Assembly (NCBI GenBank): GCA_965219685.1
Contig: CBDCOH010000002.1
Span: forward strand, 4,160,001 to 4,224,000
Origin: Candidatus Spongiisociaceae bacterium
GTDB lineage: Bacteria; Actinomycetota; Acidimicrobiia; Spongiisociales; Spongiisociaceae
Length of the DNA: 64,000 nt
Direction of reading: 5' to 3'
How positions within the stretch are numbered: the first letter of the stretch is position 1; every line of letters starts with the position of its first letter. A model generated the notes under the pieces. That model was not told the origin of the DNA, did not search any database, and saw nothing but the letters and a program-made list of their open reading frames with translations. Below, one piece after another: positions 52,066-61,300 of this stretch. The position numbers and the translations under genes were made by a program.

Positions 52066-54450
52066 TCATCTTGCGGGCAACTCGGGGGTGTTGCCCTTGG
52101 GCATGCGGTAGCCGACGCGTAGTTCGGTGAAGATGTAGGTTGGGTTCTCAGCATTGTCGCCCAGTTTGCGCCGCAGGCTGCTTATCGCGGTACGCATGGG
52201 TCGTATGTCGGCGTCGGCGTCGAGTCCCCAGACCCGTCTGAGTAGGTGCCGGTAGGTGAGGACGCGTCCTGCGTTGGCCGAGAGTTCCGCGAGGGTTCGG
52301 TACTCGATGGCGGTTAGTTGGACGGGCTGGTCGGCGACGCTTACACGGCGTTCGGTGTAGTTGATGGTCAGGTCCTCCAGGACGTACGTCTGTGTGGGCT
52401 GGGGTGTGTGCTGTCTGCGTAGGCTTGCTCTGATACGGGCTGCGAGTTCTACTGGTGAGAATGGCTTGACGATGTAGTCGGCGGCTCCGGCATCGAGGGC
52501 GCCGGCGACGAGTTGGTCCTGGCCGTAGGCTGATAGGAAGATGACCGGCAGGTCTGCGGTGGTCGTGATCTGTTTCATCAACTCGATTCCGTCGGTGCCC
52601 GGCAGCATTAGGTCGAGGAGGACGAGGTCGGGGTTCTTGTCGTGCACGAGGGGTAACGCTTCGGCTGGGTCGGTCGTGACGATGGGTGTGTAGCCCGACT
52701 TGGTGAGGGCTTGTTGGACGTATCTGAGCGTTTGGGGGTCGTCGTCGACCGCTAGTACCCGTGTCTGCTCTTCGGTCTGCTGTGCCGAGGAGGGGGTCGG
52801 TGACGGAACGGCCGCCAGGGGAGAGACGTATCCGGCGTCTTCGATTGTGGGGATGGTAAAGGTGAACTTCGCACCGAGTCCCGGGCCGTCGCTGTCGGCC
52901 CAGATGCGGCCTCCGTGGGCTTCGACTATTCCCTTGCAGATCGCAAGGCCTAGGCCGGTGTCGCCTCTCTGGTCGTCGGTGTCTATGCGGGAGAACTTCC
53001 GGAACAGGTGGGGCAGGCTCTCTGCGGGGATGCCACTGCCCTCGTCCGAGATCGATACGGCCACCTGCAGGTCTTCGCGGGTGGCGGCTAGCTGGATGGG
53101 GGACTTCTCGGGGGAGTTCCTGGCGGCGTTGGCCAACAGGTTGGCCAGCACTTGGATCATGCGGGGCCGGTCGGCCATCACCCAGGGAAGATCCCTCTCC
53201 AGGTCGGCGTCGATCCGGTGCCTGCCTCCGCCGCTCCGGAACGTGTTCCTGGCTTCGCCTATCAGCGTGGCGATGTCGGTGGGTTCAGGAGAGATCGCCA
53301 GGGTGCCCGTCTCGATGCGGGCCACGTCGAGCAGGTCGCTGATCAGCACGTGCATCCGGTCGATCTGGGCATTGATGATCTTGAAGAACTGGCGCATCTC
53401 GGTAGGACCCAACGCGTTGGGCGGGTCCAGCAGGGTCGCGATCGAGCCCTTGACCGACGTGAGCGGCGTGCGCAGTTCGTGGCTCACCATCGCCAGGAAC
53501 TCGGCCCGCAGCCGCTCCAGCTCGTGCAGCTGGGTCAAGTCCTGGAGGGTCACGACGAAGGACTCGGTCTGCCCGTCGTCGGAGCGGATGGGTGTGGCGT
53601 TGACCAGCGTAGTGACGCTTCGGCCGTCGGGGACCCTCATGACTATCTCCTCGGCCCGTACCGTCTCACCCCAGCTCAGCGCCTCGGCTATCGAGAACTC
53701 CTCGAGCGAGACCTGCCGACCGTCGGCTCGGACGACGGTCATCACGTCCAGGAGGTCCTCCGGTGGCCGCCCCGGTGTTCGGAGGCCGTCGAGGATTCTC
53801 ACGGCTTCCGGGTTGAACGACACCGGTGCTCCGGTTCTGGCGTCGAGGACGGCGACCCCCACAGGTGAGGTGTTGATCAGTGTCTGGAGGTCGGTTCTCG
53901 CCCTCTGCTCGTCGCGGTACCGGCGGGCGTTGGCGATGACGAGCGCTGCCTGGGAGGCGAACATCACCAGGACTTCCTCGTCTTCCTGGGTGAAGTCCTG
54001 TCCCCTTTCCTCCCTCCCTACGTAGATGTTGCCCACTGGTTCTCCCTGGTGGCGGATCGGCGCGGTCAGCAGCGGACCGACCGCCATGGGGAGAACGTCG
54101 GGAAGCCCGACCGAGGAAAGGTGGTGGCGGGAGTCCCCGACCCGTAGCGGCCGCTCCAGTCCGCTGAGGTATTCGAACACCAGCAGGCCTTCGGGCGGGG
54201 AGTCGTCTAGGGTTTGGCGGTGGTCGGGTGAGATGCCGGAGGTCACGAAGTCGGGCGGTCTGCCCGACCCGTCCAGGGTAGTGATCACCCCGTAGCGCGA
54301 GTCCGTCAATGCTCGGGCGGACTCGACGACTTCCTTGAGCACGGTGTCGAAGTCGAGGCTCTCGTTGATACGCAGGCTGGCTTCGGACAGCCGGGACAAC
54401 CGATCCCTCAACGCCCGTATCGCCACGTCCCGGGGGTCGTCTGGGTTCAT
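52066..54450 (-). CDS. Single-chain hybrid regulator: GAF-PAS-HisKA-HATPase-receiver-OmpR-type winged-helix DNA-binding domain
   Basis: VSHELRTPLTS (H-box), LANLLANA, DEGSGI, GLGLAICKGIVEAHGG, AVDDDP…LLDLMLP…YIVKPFS, LTAIEY…LRRKLGD…YIFTELRVGYR. No TM segment visible. Confidence 0.92.
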   Translation of the reverse strand: MNPDDPRDVAIRALRDRLSRLSEASLRINESLDFDTVLKEVVESARALTDSRYGVITTLDGSGRPPDFVTSGISPDHRQTLDDSPPEGLLVFEYLSGLERPLRVGDSRHHLSSVGLPDVLPMAVGPLLTAPIRHQGEPVGNIYVGREERGQDFTQEDEEVLVMFASQAALVIANARRYRDEQRARTDLQTLINTSPVGVAVLDARTGAPVSFNPEAVRILDGLRTPGRPPEDLLDVMTVVRADGRQVSLEEFSIAEALSWGETVRAEEIVMRVPDGRSVTTLVNATPIRSDDGQTESFVVTLQDLTQLHELERLRAEFLAMVSHELRTPLTSVKGSIATLLDPPNALGPTEMRQFFKIINAQIDRMHVLISDLLDVARIETGTLAISPEPTDIATLIGEARNTFRSGGGRHRIDADLERDLPWVMADRPRMIQVLANLLANAARNSPEKSPIQLAATREDLQVAVSISDEGSGIPAESLPHLFRKFSRIDTDDQRGDTGLGLAICKGIVEAHGGRIWADSDGPGLGAKFTFTIPTIEDAGYVSPLAAVPSPTPSSAQQTEEQTRVLAVDDDPQTLRYVQQALTKSGYTPIVTTDPAEALPLVHDKNPDLVLLDLMLPGTDGIELMKQITTTADLPVIFLSAYGQDQLVAGALDAGAADYIVKPFSPVELAARIRASLRRQHTPQPTQTYVLEDLTINYTERRVSVADQPVQLTAIEYRTLAELSANAGRVLTYRHLLRRVWGLDADADIRPMRTAISSLRRKLGDNAENPTYIFTELRVGYRMPKGNTPELPAR

Positions 54451-54563
54451 CTCTACACCTCGGTTGGATTGTGGAACGGCCTGCTACTACCAACTCGAGA
54501 CGGACAGGTCCTGCAGCCCGTGTTGGAAGTTGTCAGGAATGATCTAAGCAGTCTGAGCCAAAG

Positions 54564-54623
54564 TTTATAGCCATTTGATATAGATTGCCAGTTACCTCAT
54601 GGTTATCTTACATTAACGCTTGT
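54564..54623 (+). promoter_or_regulatory. Four-box element copy 6, truncated, divergent from and upstream of the regulator
   Basis: TTTATA/TTGATA/CTCATG/CTTACA at 0/11/32/43; the downstream leader is missing. Confidence 0.7.
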
Positions 54624-57593
54624 TCGGGTGATGTCGAGACTGTATGTCTTGCGGGTGGTGGCATCCGCCGAGATCACGGTCATGTGTACGGTGGTGACCG
54701 ACGGCGCCGCGTCGAGTTCGATCTGCCAGATGGTGGTGATTCCTGGAACGATCCGCTTGACCTCGATGGGCTGATCGTTGGCTGTGACCTGCACCGTGGC
54801 CTCTCCGGACGAGGCTTCGAGATACAGGTCCACGTGATCGACCGAGGGGCCGACTGTTCCCGAGTATGACGTTACGTGTCGTTCGAAGCTCGGTGCGAGA
54901 TCGAGGAGGGTCGGCGCGGACATGCTTGCCAGGTCGGCATCATCGTCGTCGGACGGGGCAACACGCGTGACATCAATCGTGTACTCGCCTACCGCACCGT
55001 CGTTGGCGAGGACTTCCACCGTGATCGGTGTGGTCGTGGCTCGCCCGTCGAGCCCGATCGCACCCAGCGCAACCTGGTGTCCTAGCGTATTCGGGTCGGC
55101 ATCAGCCGGGGAGATTGCCACCACGGCACCGGATTCGGGGGTGGTCGCCGCCACGGTCACCTGGGATCTTGTGGTGGGCACTATCGCCTTGTAGGAGACG
55201 GCGGCCGGGCTGAACAACCGGTTCAGCGGGACTCCATCGAGGCTCAACGAGTCGAGCGTCGCCACCCGGACGACCGACAACTGGTAGGTGCCCGTGGTGC
55301 CGTCGCTGCCGCTGACCGAGATGTACAGGGTGCCGGCCCCGCCGGACCCGATTATGAATCGGCTGTTGGCGCCGGTCCCGCTGTCGTCATCGGTGGTCCT
55401 CGGGATCGGACTGCCGGTGGCGTCGTACACGCCGATCAGCATCGGGTCGCCAAGAGTGCCGTCGCCGCTGGGTTCGCCCTTCACGTCGATAGCGAAGTGG
55501 TCGTTGCCGGCGGGAAGGGTAACGGCGAACCAGTCATGGTCGCCGGGGAAGTCAATCGATCCCTCCGAGTGAGTGCCGTCGGCCGTGACGGTGGCCGTCG
55601 TCGTGGTGTCTGCGGGGTAGTCATTGAACAACGCGACGGTGTAGTCGACAGTACTCAGCCCGCCGGGCTCGGACACGCTTACGGTGAGATCGGTAACGCC
55701 CTGCTGCGGCACTTCGACCTGGTGGCCGGAGGCGTTGGTGTCGGCGTCGGTGGGCGAGATGGACACCTCAAGCGGAGGAGACGCCGTCTCGGGCGTCGCT
55801 TCCACCGTCACGGTCCCCGCGGCATGGTCCATCCGGTAGGCGAACCTCGCACTCGGATAGAGCGACGGGACCGCCGCGCCATCGATGGTGAGGGTGCTCA
55901 GGCGGGGGCCCCGCACCGGCTGGGAAGTGAGGGTGATGCTGAGTTCATACTCGCGCTGACGCCCGTCCCTGCTGAAGTGCTGGACCAGCTCGAGCACATA
56001 CGGCCCGGCATCGAGCGTGGCATCGATCCCCGGCACGGGCGAGCATGGATACTCGAAGAACCCGCACAGGTGGCCGCTGCGGTGGTCGGGGGCGTGCATC
56101 ACGTGTCTGATCTCGGTGCCGTCGGGGGCGCGCAGGACGTAGTGGTGGGCGGTGGGGAACTCCGTCAGCCTGATGGCGACATCGCTGGTGTCGGCGACAT
56201 CGAAGCGGTAGAAGCGAGCGTATCCCGTCGTCCGGTACCCGGGCAGCGCATTCCGGTCGTCCTTGTAGGTGAGGATCGACCGGCATGCCGGTCGCCACCT
56301 GCCGCTTGCGGTAAGTGTGGCGCCGTTCGCGGTGAGCTCGCGGAGGTTGCAGCCGTTGGGCAGTTCCACCGTGACTTCTCGTGCTACGTCGGGTCCGGGG
56401 ACGGTCACCCGGGGGTGGTTGCGGACCTGACGTCCGTCCGGCGCGCACACCGCGGCGGGTTGAGCGCAGTCCGCGGCAGGGGGCAGCGCAACCGTGATGT
56501 CGTCGTTCCCGGCGGGCTGCGCCCGGATAGTCCACGAGCGGGTGCCGGAGCCAGTGGCGCGCACATCGATAAGGGTGGCGCCGGTGACCGTCAGCGCGTG
56601 GTCGCGTAGCTGCTGAGCGCTGACCGACAGGCCTTCCTCGTCGAGCACGAACTGCAGCTCGAAGGGCGTCGTGCCGTCGTGAGAGTCGGGCACGCCGGAG
56701 AAACGCGCCGACGGCGGCGCCGGCGCGCGGCCGTCCAGAGATCCTGAGCCCTCGAACGCGAGCGACACATGCACCGAACCGCCCGGCTCGCCCAGCACGC
56801 CTTCGGACGGCCACCAGAACGCACTCGCCGTCGCGATCCAGGGGCGCAGGCTCTCGCTGCCCACGAACTTCGTGCCGCCCACCGACAGCACGAAGTCAGC
56901 GCTCAACTCCGAACGCAATGCGAAGTACAGGCCGCCCGCGTGCTCGATCAGCACCAGCACCTGCACCGATGCGCCGTTCACCTCGAAACGGTCCGGCGAC
57001 AACGAGCCCGATCCCGACCATCGCGAGTACCCCGCCGTCGCCGGAACCGAAGACCCATCGCTGCCCACCGACAGCACCGCGGTCCATACGGGTCCGGGTT
57101 CGGGTTGGGGCTCGGGCGCGGCCGGAGTGTTGGCGCGAACGAACCGCGAGCGGGTGCTGAGCCCGTGCAGGTTGCGGGCCTTGATCCGGTAGACGTAGCG
57201 TGTGGATGCTTCGACGGTGGTGTCGGTGTAGCTGGTGGCGTTGGCGGCGACGGTGTCGTCGATGATGTCGAACTCGCCTGCGGCTTGCGCGGCGCGGTTG
57301 CGGCGGAGGATCTGGTAGCCGGTGACCGAGGAGTCTTCCGGGTCGTTCCATGTCAGCGTCACCGAGTCATGGGCGACCGCATCAACCACCAGTCCCTGCG
57401 GGGCGTCGGGTGCGGTCCCGGTCTTTGTTGCTGCGGCGACTACTGCTGCTGTTACCAGTGTCACGAGGGCAGCGATGAGGAGTACGGTCATCGAGCGCGC
57501 GGTCAGGTTCGCGGGTCCGGATCCCGGGATGGTCGGATGAGGGCTGGTGTCTAGGGTCTTGTCTGCTCTGCGAGCATGACGGTGCTTGCCCAT
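54603..57593 (-). CDS. Secreted FN3 / Ig-like / cadherin-like beta-sandwich protein without SLH
   Basis: Signal peptide, FN3 very similar to that of 32791, PPC-like DHDWFAVTL segment, three cadherin-like beta-sandwich repeats (ATLDSLSL…VTVAAT…YTIDVTR). Start chosen at the conserved leader ATG. Confidence 0.8.
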   Translation of the reverse strand: MGKHRHARRADKTLDTSPHPTIPGSGPANLTARSMTVLLIAALVTLVTAAVVAAATKTGTAPDAPQGLVVDAVAHDSVTLTWNDPEDSSVTGYQILRRNRAAQAAGEFDIIDDTVAANATSYTDTTVEASTRYVYRIKARNLHGLSTRSRFVRANTPAAPEPQPEPGPVWTAVLSVGSDGSSVPATAGYSRWSGSGSLSPDRFEVNGASVQVLVLIEHAGGLYFALRSELSADFVLSVGGTKFVGSESLRPWIATASAFWWPSEGVLGEPGGSVHVSLAFEGSGSLDGRAPAPPSARFSGVPDSHDGTTPFELQFVLDEEGLSVSAQQLRDHALTVTGATLIDVRATGSGTRSWTIRAQPAGNDDITVALPPAADCAQPAAVCAPDGRQVRNHPRVTVPGPDVAREVTVELPNGCNLRELTANGATLTASGRWRPACRSILTYKDDRNALPGYRTTGYARFYRFDVADTSDVAIRLTEFPTAHHYVLRAPDGTEIRHVMHAPDHRSGHLCGFFEYPCSPVPGIDATLDAGPYVLELVQHFSRDGRQREYELSITLTSQPVRGPRLSTLTIDGAAVPSLYPSARFAYRMDHAAGTVTVEATPETASPPLEVSISPTDADTNASGHQVEVPQQGVTDLTVSVSEPGGLSTVDYTVALFNDYPADTTTTATVTADGTHSEGSIDFPGDHDWFAVTLPAGNDHFAIDVKGEPSGDGTLGDPMLIGVYDATGSPIPRTTDDDSGTGANSRFIIGSGGAGTLYISVSGSDGTTGTYQLSVVRVATLDSLSLDGVPLNRLFSPAAVSYKAIVPTTRSQVTVAATTPESGAVVAISPADADPNTLGHQVALGAIGLDGRATTTPITVEVLANDGAVGEYTIDVTRVAPSDDDDADLASMSAPTLLDLAPSFERHVTSYSGTVGPSVDHVDLYLEASSGEATVQVTANDQPIEVKRIVPGITTIWQIELDAAPSVTTVHMTVISADATTRKTYSLDITRTSVNVR

Positions 57594-57668
57594 ACTCTCG
57601 GACCTCTGTCTCTCCCGTGGCCGGTTGCTCCGTGCCACATGTGGTGTCGGCGGTATTCGGGGCGTCCC

Positions 57669-57734
57669 ATTCTATCTAAGGTAGTATTAGTTATTCATGA
57701 GATCTTGCATCTAGTAGTATTAGATTACTATGAA
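57669..57734 (-). promoter_or_regulatory. Four-box element copy 7
   Basis: Minus strand TTCATA/CTAATA/CTCATG/CTAATA at 0/11/33/44, TAGAAT at +60. Confidence 0.65.
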
Positions 57735-58104
57735 GTCCCGGCGCGGTCGGGTTGTACGGCGGACTATCACAGGGCCGGTCCGGCGTCGGAGGGTAGACCG
57801 CACCCCGGAACGATCCAGGATGCCGATTGCAAGGGGAGATTGTGGAGACGCCACACGGTCCCCGCTGGCTTGAAGAGGGATACTGCGGAAGAAGACCCGT
57901 TGGGATTGAGGCTTGGGCCGGCGCGGTCGGTCCGGATGTGGCCTCTGTCTCGGGACTCGACGGCGGCGACGACACACGTCCGATGCGTACCTCGATAGGC
58001 GGCCTGCCGGCGCAACCAGGGCGACAACGCCGAGAGCCAACCTAACGTCTGTTACAGCCCGGATCGGGACGTTGGCTGGGGTGAAACCAGCCGTTTCGGT
58101 AGAG

Positions 58105-58169
58105 TTTATAGAAATTTGATATCAGTAGCTCATTATCTTATGACAATCTTACGCTAACGCTTGTGGCAT
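58105..58169 (+). promoter_or_regulatory. Four-box element copy 8
   Basis: TTTATA/TTGATA/CTTATG/CTTACG at 0/11/32/43. Confidence 0.72.
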
Positions 58170-58367
58170 AGGCGGTTTTCGAGCATCATTTGGATTGAGG
58201 TCCGTGCGGGTATGGAACAAGGCCAGCCCGGTTCCCAGTGAAGGAGTGGCCGGAGACCCCTACAGGTGGTGGCAGCCCTGCGGCCTCAGCGATCAGCCGG
58301 GACTTGGTCGGTGCCGCATTCTGGTGCAAGTCGACCGGCCACGGGAGAGGCAAGAGATCCCGGGAGT

Positions 58368-61300
58368 ATGGGCAAACAGCGTCGGGTCCGTCTAGCGGCC
58401 AACAAAGAACGGGAAGCTCTCAACGGAGCGGAGCAGGAGGGGATCTCCAGCGGAGCAGTACCCGTACCCCGCCTGGGATACGGATATGTGCTGCCGTCTC
58501 TTCTCGTCGTCTTGTTGGGGGCTGCGGTGCTGGCGGCGGCGGCGCAGGAGGCTACGCCGTTTCCGGATGTTCCTCCGGATGCCTACTACGCGGAGCCTGT
58601 TAGCACACTTGCGGCCGTGGGGGTCTTTGTGGGCACTGAGTGTGATGAGGGGTTCTGCCCTGAGGAGGATATAGATCGCGTCACTGTGGCGGTGTGGGCT
58701 GTTCGTGTGCTGGACGGAGCGGATCCCCCGCGGGTTGCGTCAACGCGTTTCGGGGACGTGGCCGGCACGCATCCTTTCGCGGCGTTCGTCGAGCGCCTAG
58801 CGGTGCTTGGCGTCACCCAGGGATGCGGGGACGGTAGTGACTTCTGCCCTGACAGGACCGTTACCCGCGCCCAGATGGCTGCCTTCCTGGCGCGAGCGTT
58901 CGGTCTGGCGGCGGGTCCTGACCCTGGCTTCAGCGATGTACCGTCGGGTGCTTGGTACGCGGCAAGTGTCGCCAGGCTTGCCGCTTCGGGTATCACCAAG
59001 GGATGCGGGGACGGCACGATGTTCTGCCCGGACCGGGCTGTTACCAGGGCACAGATGGCCACGTTCCTTGCGCGCGCCTTGGAGTTCGCGAACGAACGCT
59101 CCGGCGGGGGAGAAGGCTCTGGAGGCGGTGGCTCCGGCGGTGGAGGCGGTGGTGGCTCCGGTGGCGGTGGTGGCGGTGGCGGCTCGACACTGTCTCAGCG
59201 GCAGGTGCAGGCGCCGGGCGCGCCCCAGAGTGTGGTGATGGCAGTGCGGGGGGATACGACTCTTGAAGTGCTGTGGGATTCGCCGCACAGCGATGGGGGC
59301 GACTCGAACCTGTCGTACGTGGTACAGCGCCGTCCGGGGGCGCTGGGGATCTGGTCATCGACGCGCGTGACGGTGACGCCTTCCGAGTCGGGCACCGGGC
59401 ACCGGGCCGAGATGGAGGGCCTGGTGAACGGGGTGACCTACCAGATCCGGGTGGCGGCGAGGAACAGTGGCGGGACCGGGTCGTTCGTGGTGGTGGAGGG
59501 CCAACCGGTCGGGACGCGGGCGCCGGGCGATCCGACCAGCCTCTCGGTTCGGGCCGGCAGGAACCAGCTGTCGGTGTCGTGGCGGGCCCCGTCCGATCGG
59601 GGCGGGTACGCATCCGTTACCTACGAGGTGCAGTATCGGGTGGCCGACACCGGCGGCTGGACCACGTTCGCGACTGACGAGACGGGCACATCGGTGACCA
59701 TCACCGGCCTGGACAACGGCGTCGAGTACCAGGTCCGGGTCGCGGCCAGGAACCCGGTGCTGTCCAGCCGCTATGTCGAGGGAACGGGAACACCGACCGG
59801 GAGCGGGCCGAGTGTGCCTCGCTTCGTGTCGGTAACGGCCGAGTTCGAGCGGTTGTCGGTGTCGTGGCAGGAGCCGGAGGATCCGGGCGGGTATGACCTT
59901 TCGTTGTTGAGCTATTCGGTGCTGTATCGGGAGAGCGGCGGCGGGGCCTGGACGACGTTCGCTTCGGACGAGACGGGCATTTCGGTGACGATCACCGGTC
60001 TGGACAACGGCGTCGAGTATCAGGTGCAGGTCGCGGCCAGGAACCCGGCCGGTTCAAGCGGCAGCATCACGAGGGCGGGCACGCCGGTCGGGAATCTGCC
60101 GGGAGCGCCGACGATCGACACCGTGACGGCCGGCAACAGGTCGCTGGAGGTGGAATGGAGCGCCCCGTCGAACACCGGCGGGTACGCCGATTCGTTCTTG
60201 ACCTATTCGGTTCAGTACCGCAAGGGCAGCAGCGGTAGTTTCACGACTTTTGCTTCCGGGGTGACGGGTACGTCGGTGACGATCACCGGTCTGGACAACG
60301 GCGACGAGTACGAGGTGCAGGTCGAGGCGGTGAACCCGGCCGGCGCCAGCGGCTACACCACGTCGGCCAGGGGCACGCCGGTGGGCATTGCGCCGGGCAA
60401 GCCTGGCAGTGTCTCGCTGATCGCGGGCAACGGCTCGTTGAGGGTCGACTGGCAGAAGCCGTCGACCGGTGGCTATGCCGATTCGTTCTTGACCTATTCG
60501 GTTCAGTACCGCAAGGGCAGCAGCGGTAGTTTCACGACTTTTGCTTCCGGGGTGACGGGTACGTCGGTGACGATCACCGGTCTGGACAACGGCGACGAGT
60601 ACGAGGTGCAGGTCGAGGCGGTGAACCCGGCCGGCGCCAGCGGCTACACCACGTCGGCCAGGGGCACGCCGGTGGGCACCAAGCCCGAAGCGCCGACGGG
60701 TGTGTCCGTTACCGCGGGAAGGAACCAGATGTCGGTGTCGTGGACTGCGCCGTCGGTCACCGGCGGTTACAACGCCTCGGATCTGACCTATTCGGTTCAG
60801 TACCGCAAGGGCAGCACGGGAGGCTGGACCACCTTTGCCTCCGCGGAGACCGCCACGTCGGTGACGATCACCGGCCTCGACAACGGCTACGAGTATCAGG
60901 TGCAGATCGCCGCCAGGAACCCGGGGAACTTCGTCAGTACCTACAGCGATCCGGAGTCGGCCACGCCGGTGGGAGATGCTCCTGACAAACCGACCAACGT
61001 GTCGGTCACCGTGGGCAAGAACCGGTTGTCGGTGTCGTGGAACGCGCCGTCGGGAACCGGAGGGTATGCCTCCTCTTTCCTCACCTACACCGTCGAGTTC
61101 CGGGAGGGAAGCACCGGACAATGGTCCACCGACGGTGTGAACGTGTCGGGCCGCTCCGCGACGATCACCGGCCTCGACAACGGGGTGGAGTACGAGGTGC
61201 AGGTCGAGGCGGTGAACCCGGCCGGAGGTAGCGGCTTCACCGACCCCCAGTCGGGCACCCCGAGGGGCGACCGGCCCGGTACACCGACCATTGACGGGGT

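Noticed and set aside
57740-58090. Short ORFs between the divergent promoter copies 7 and 8
   Set aside because: No convincing frame or motif; possibly a decayed gene fragment but unsupported.
31249-58169. Four-box elements as integron attC sites or invertible-switch ends
   Set aside because: The boxes are direct repeats without an extended palindrome, lie at gene 5' ends, and no intact integron integrase or invertase is in the window.
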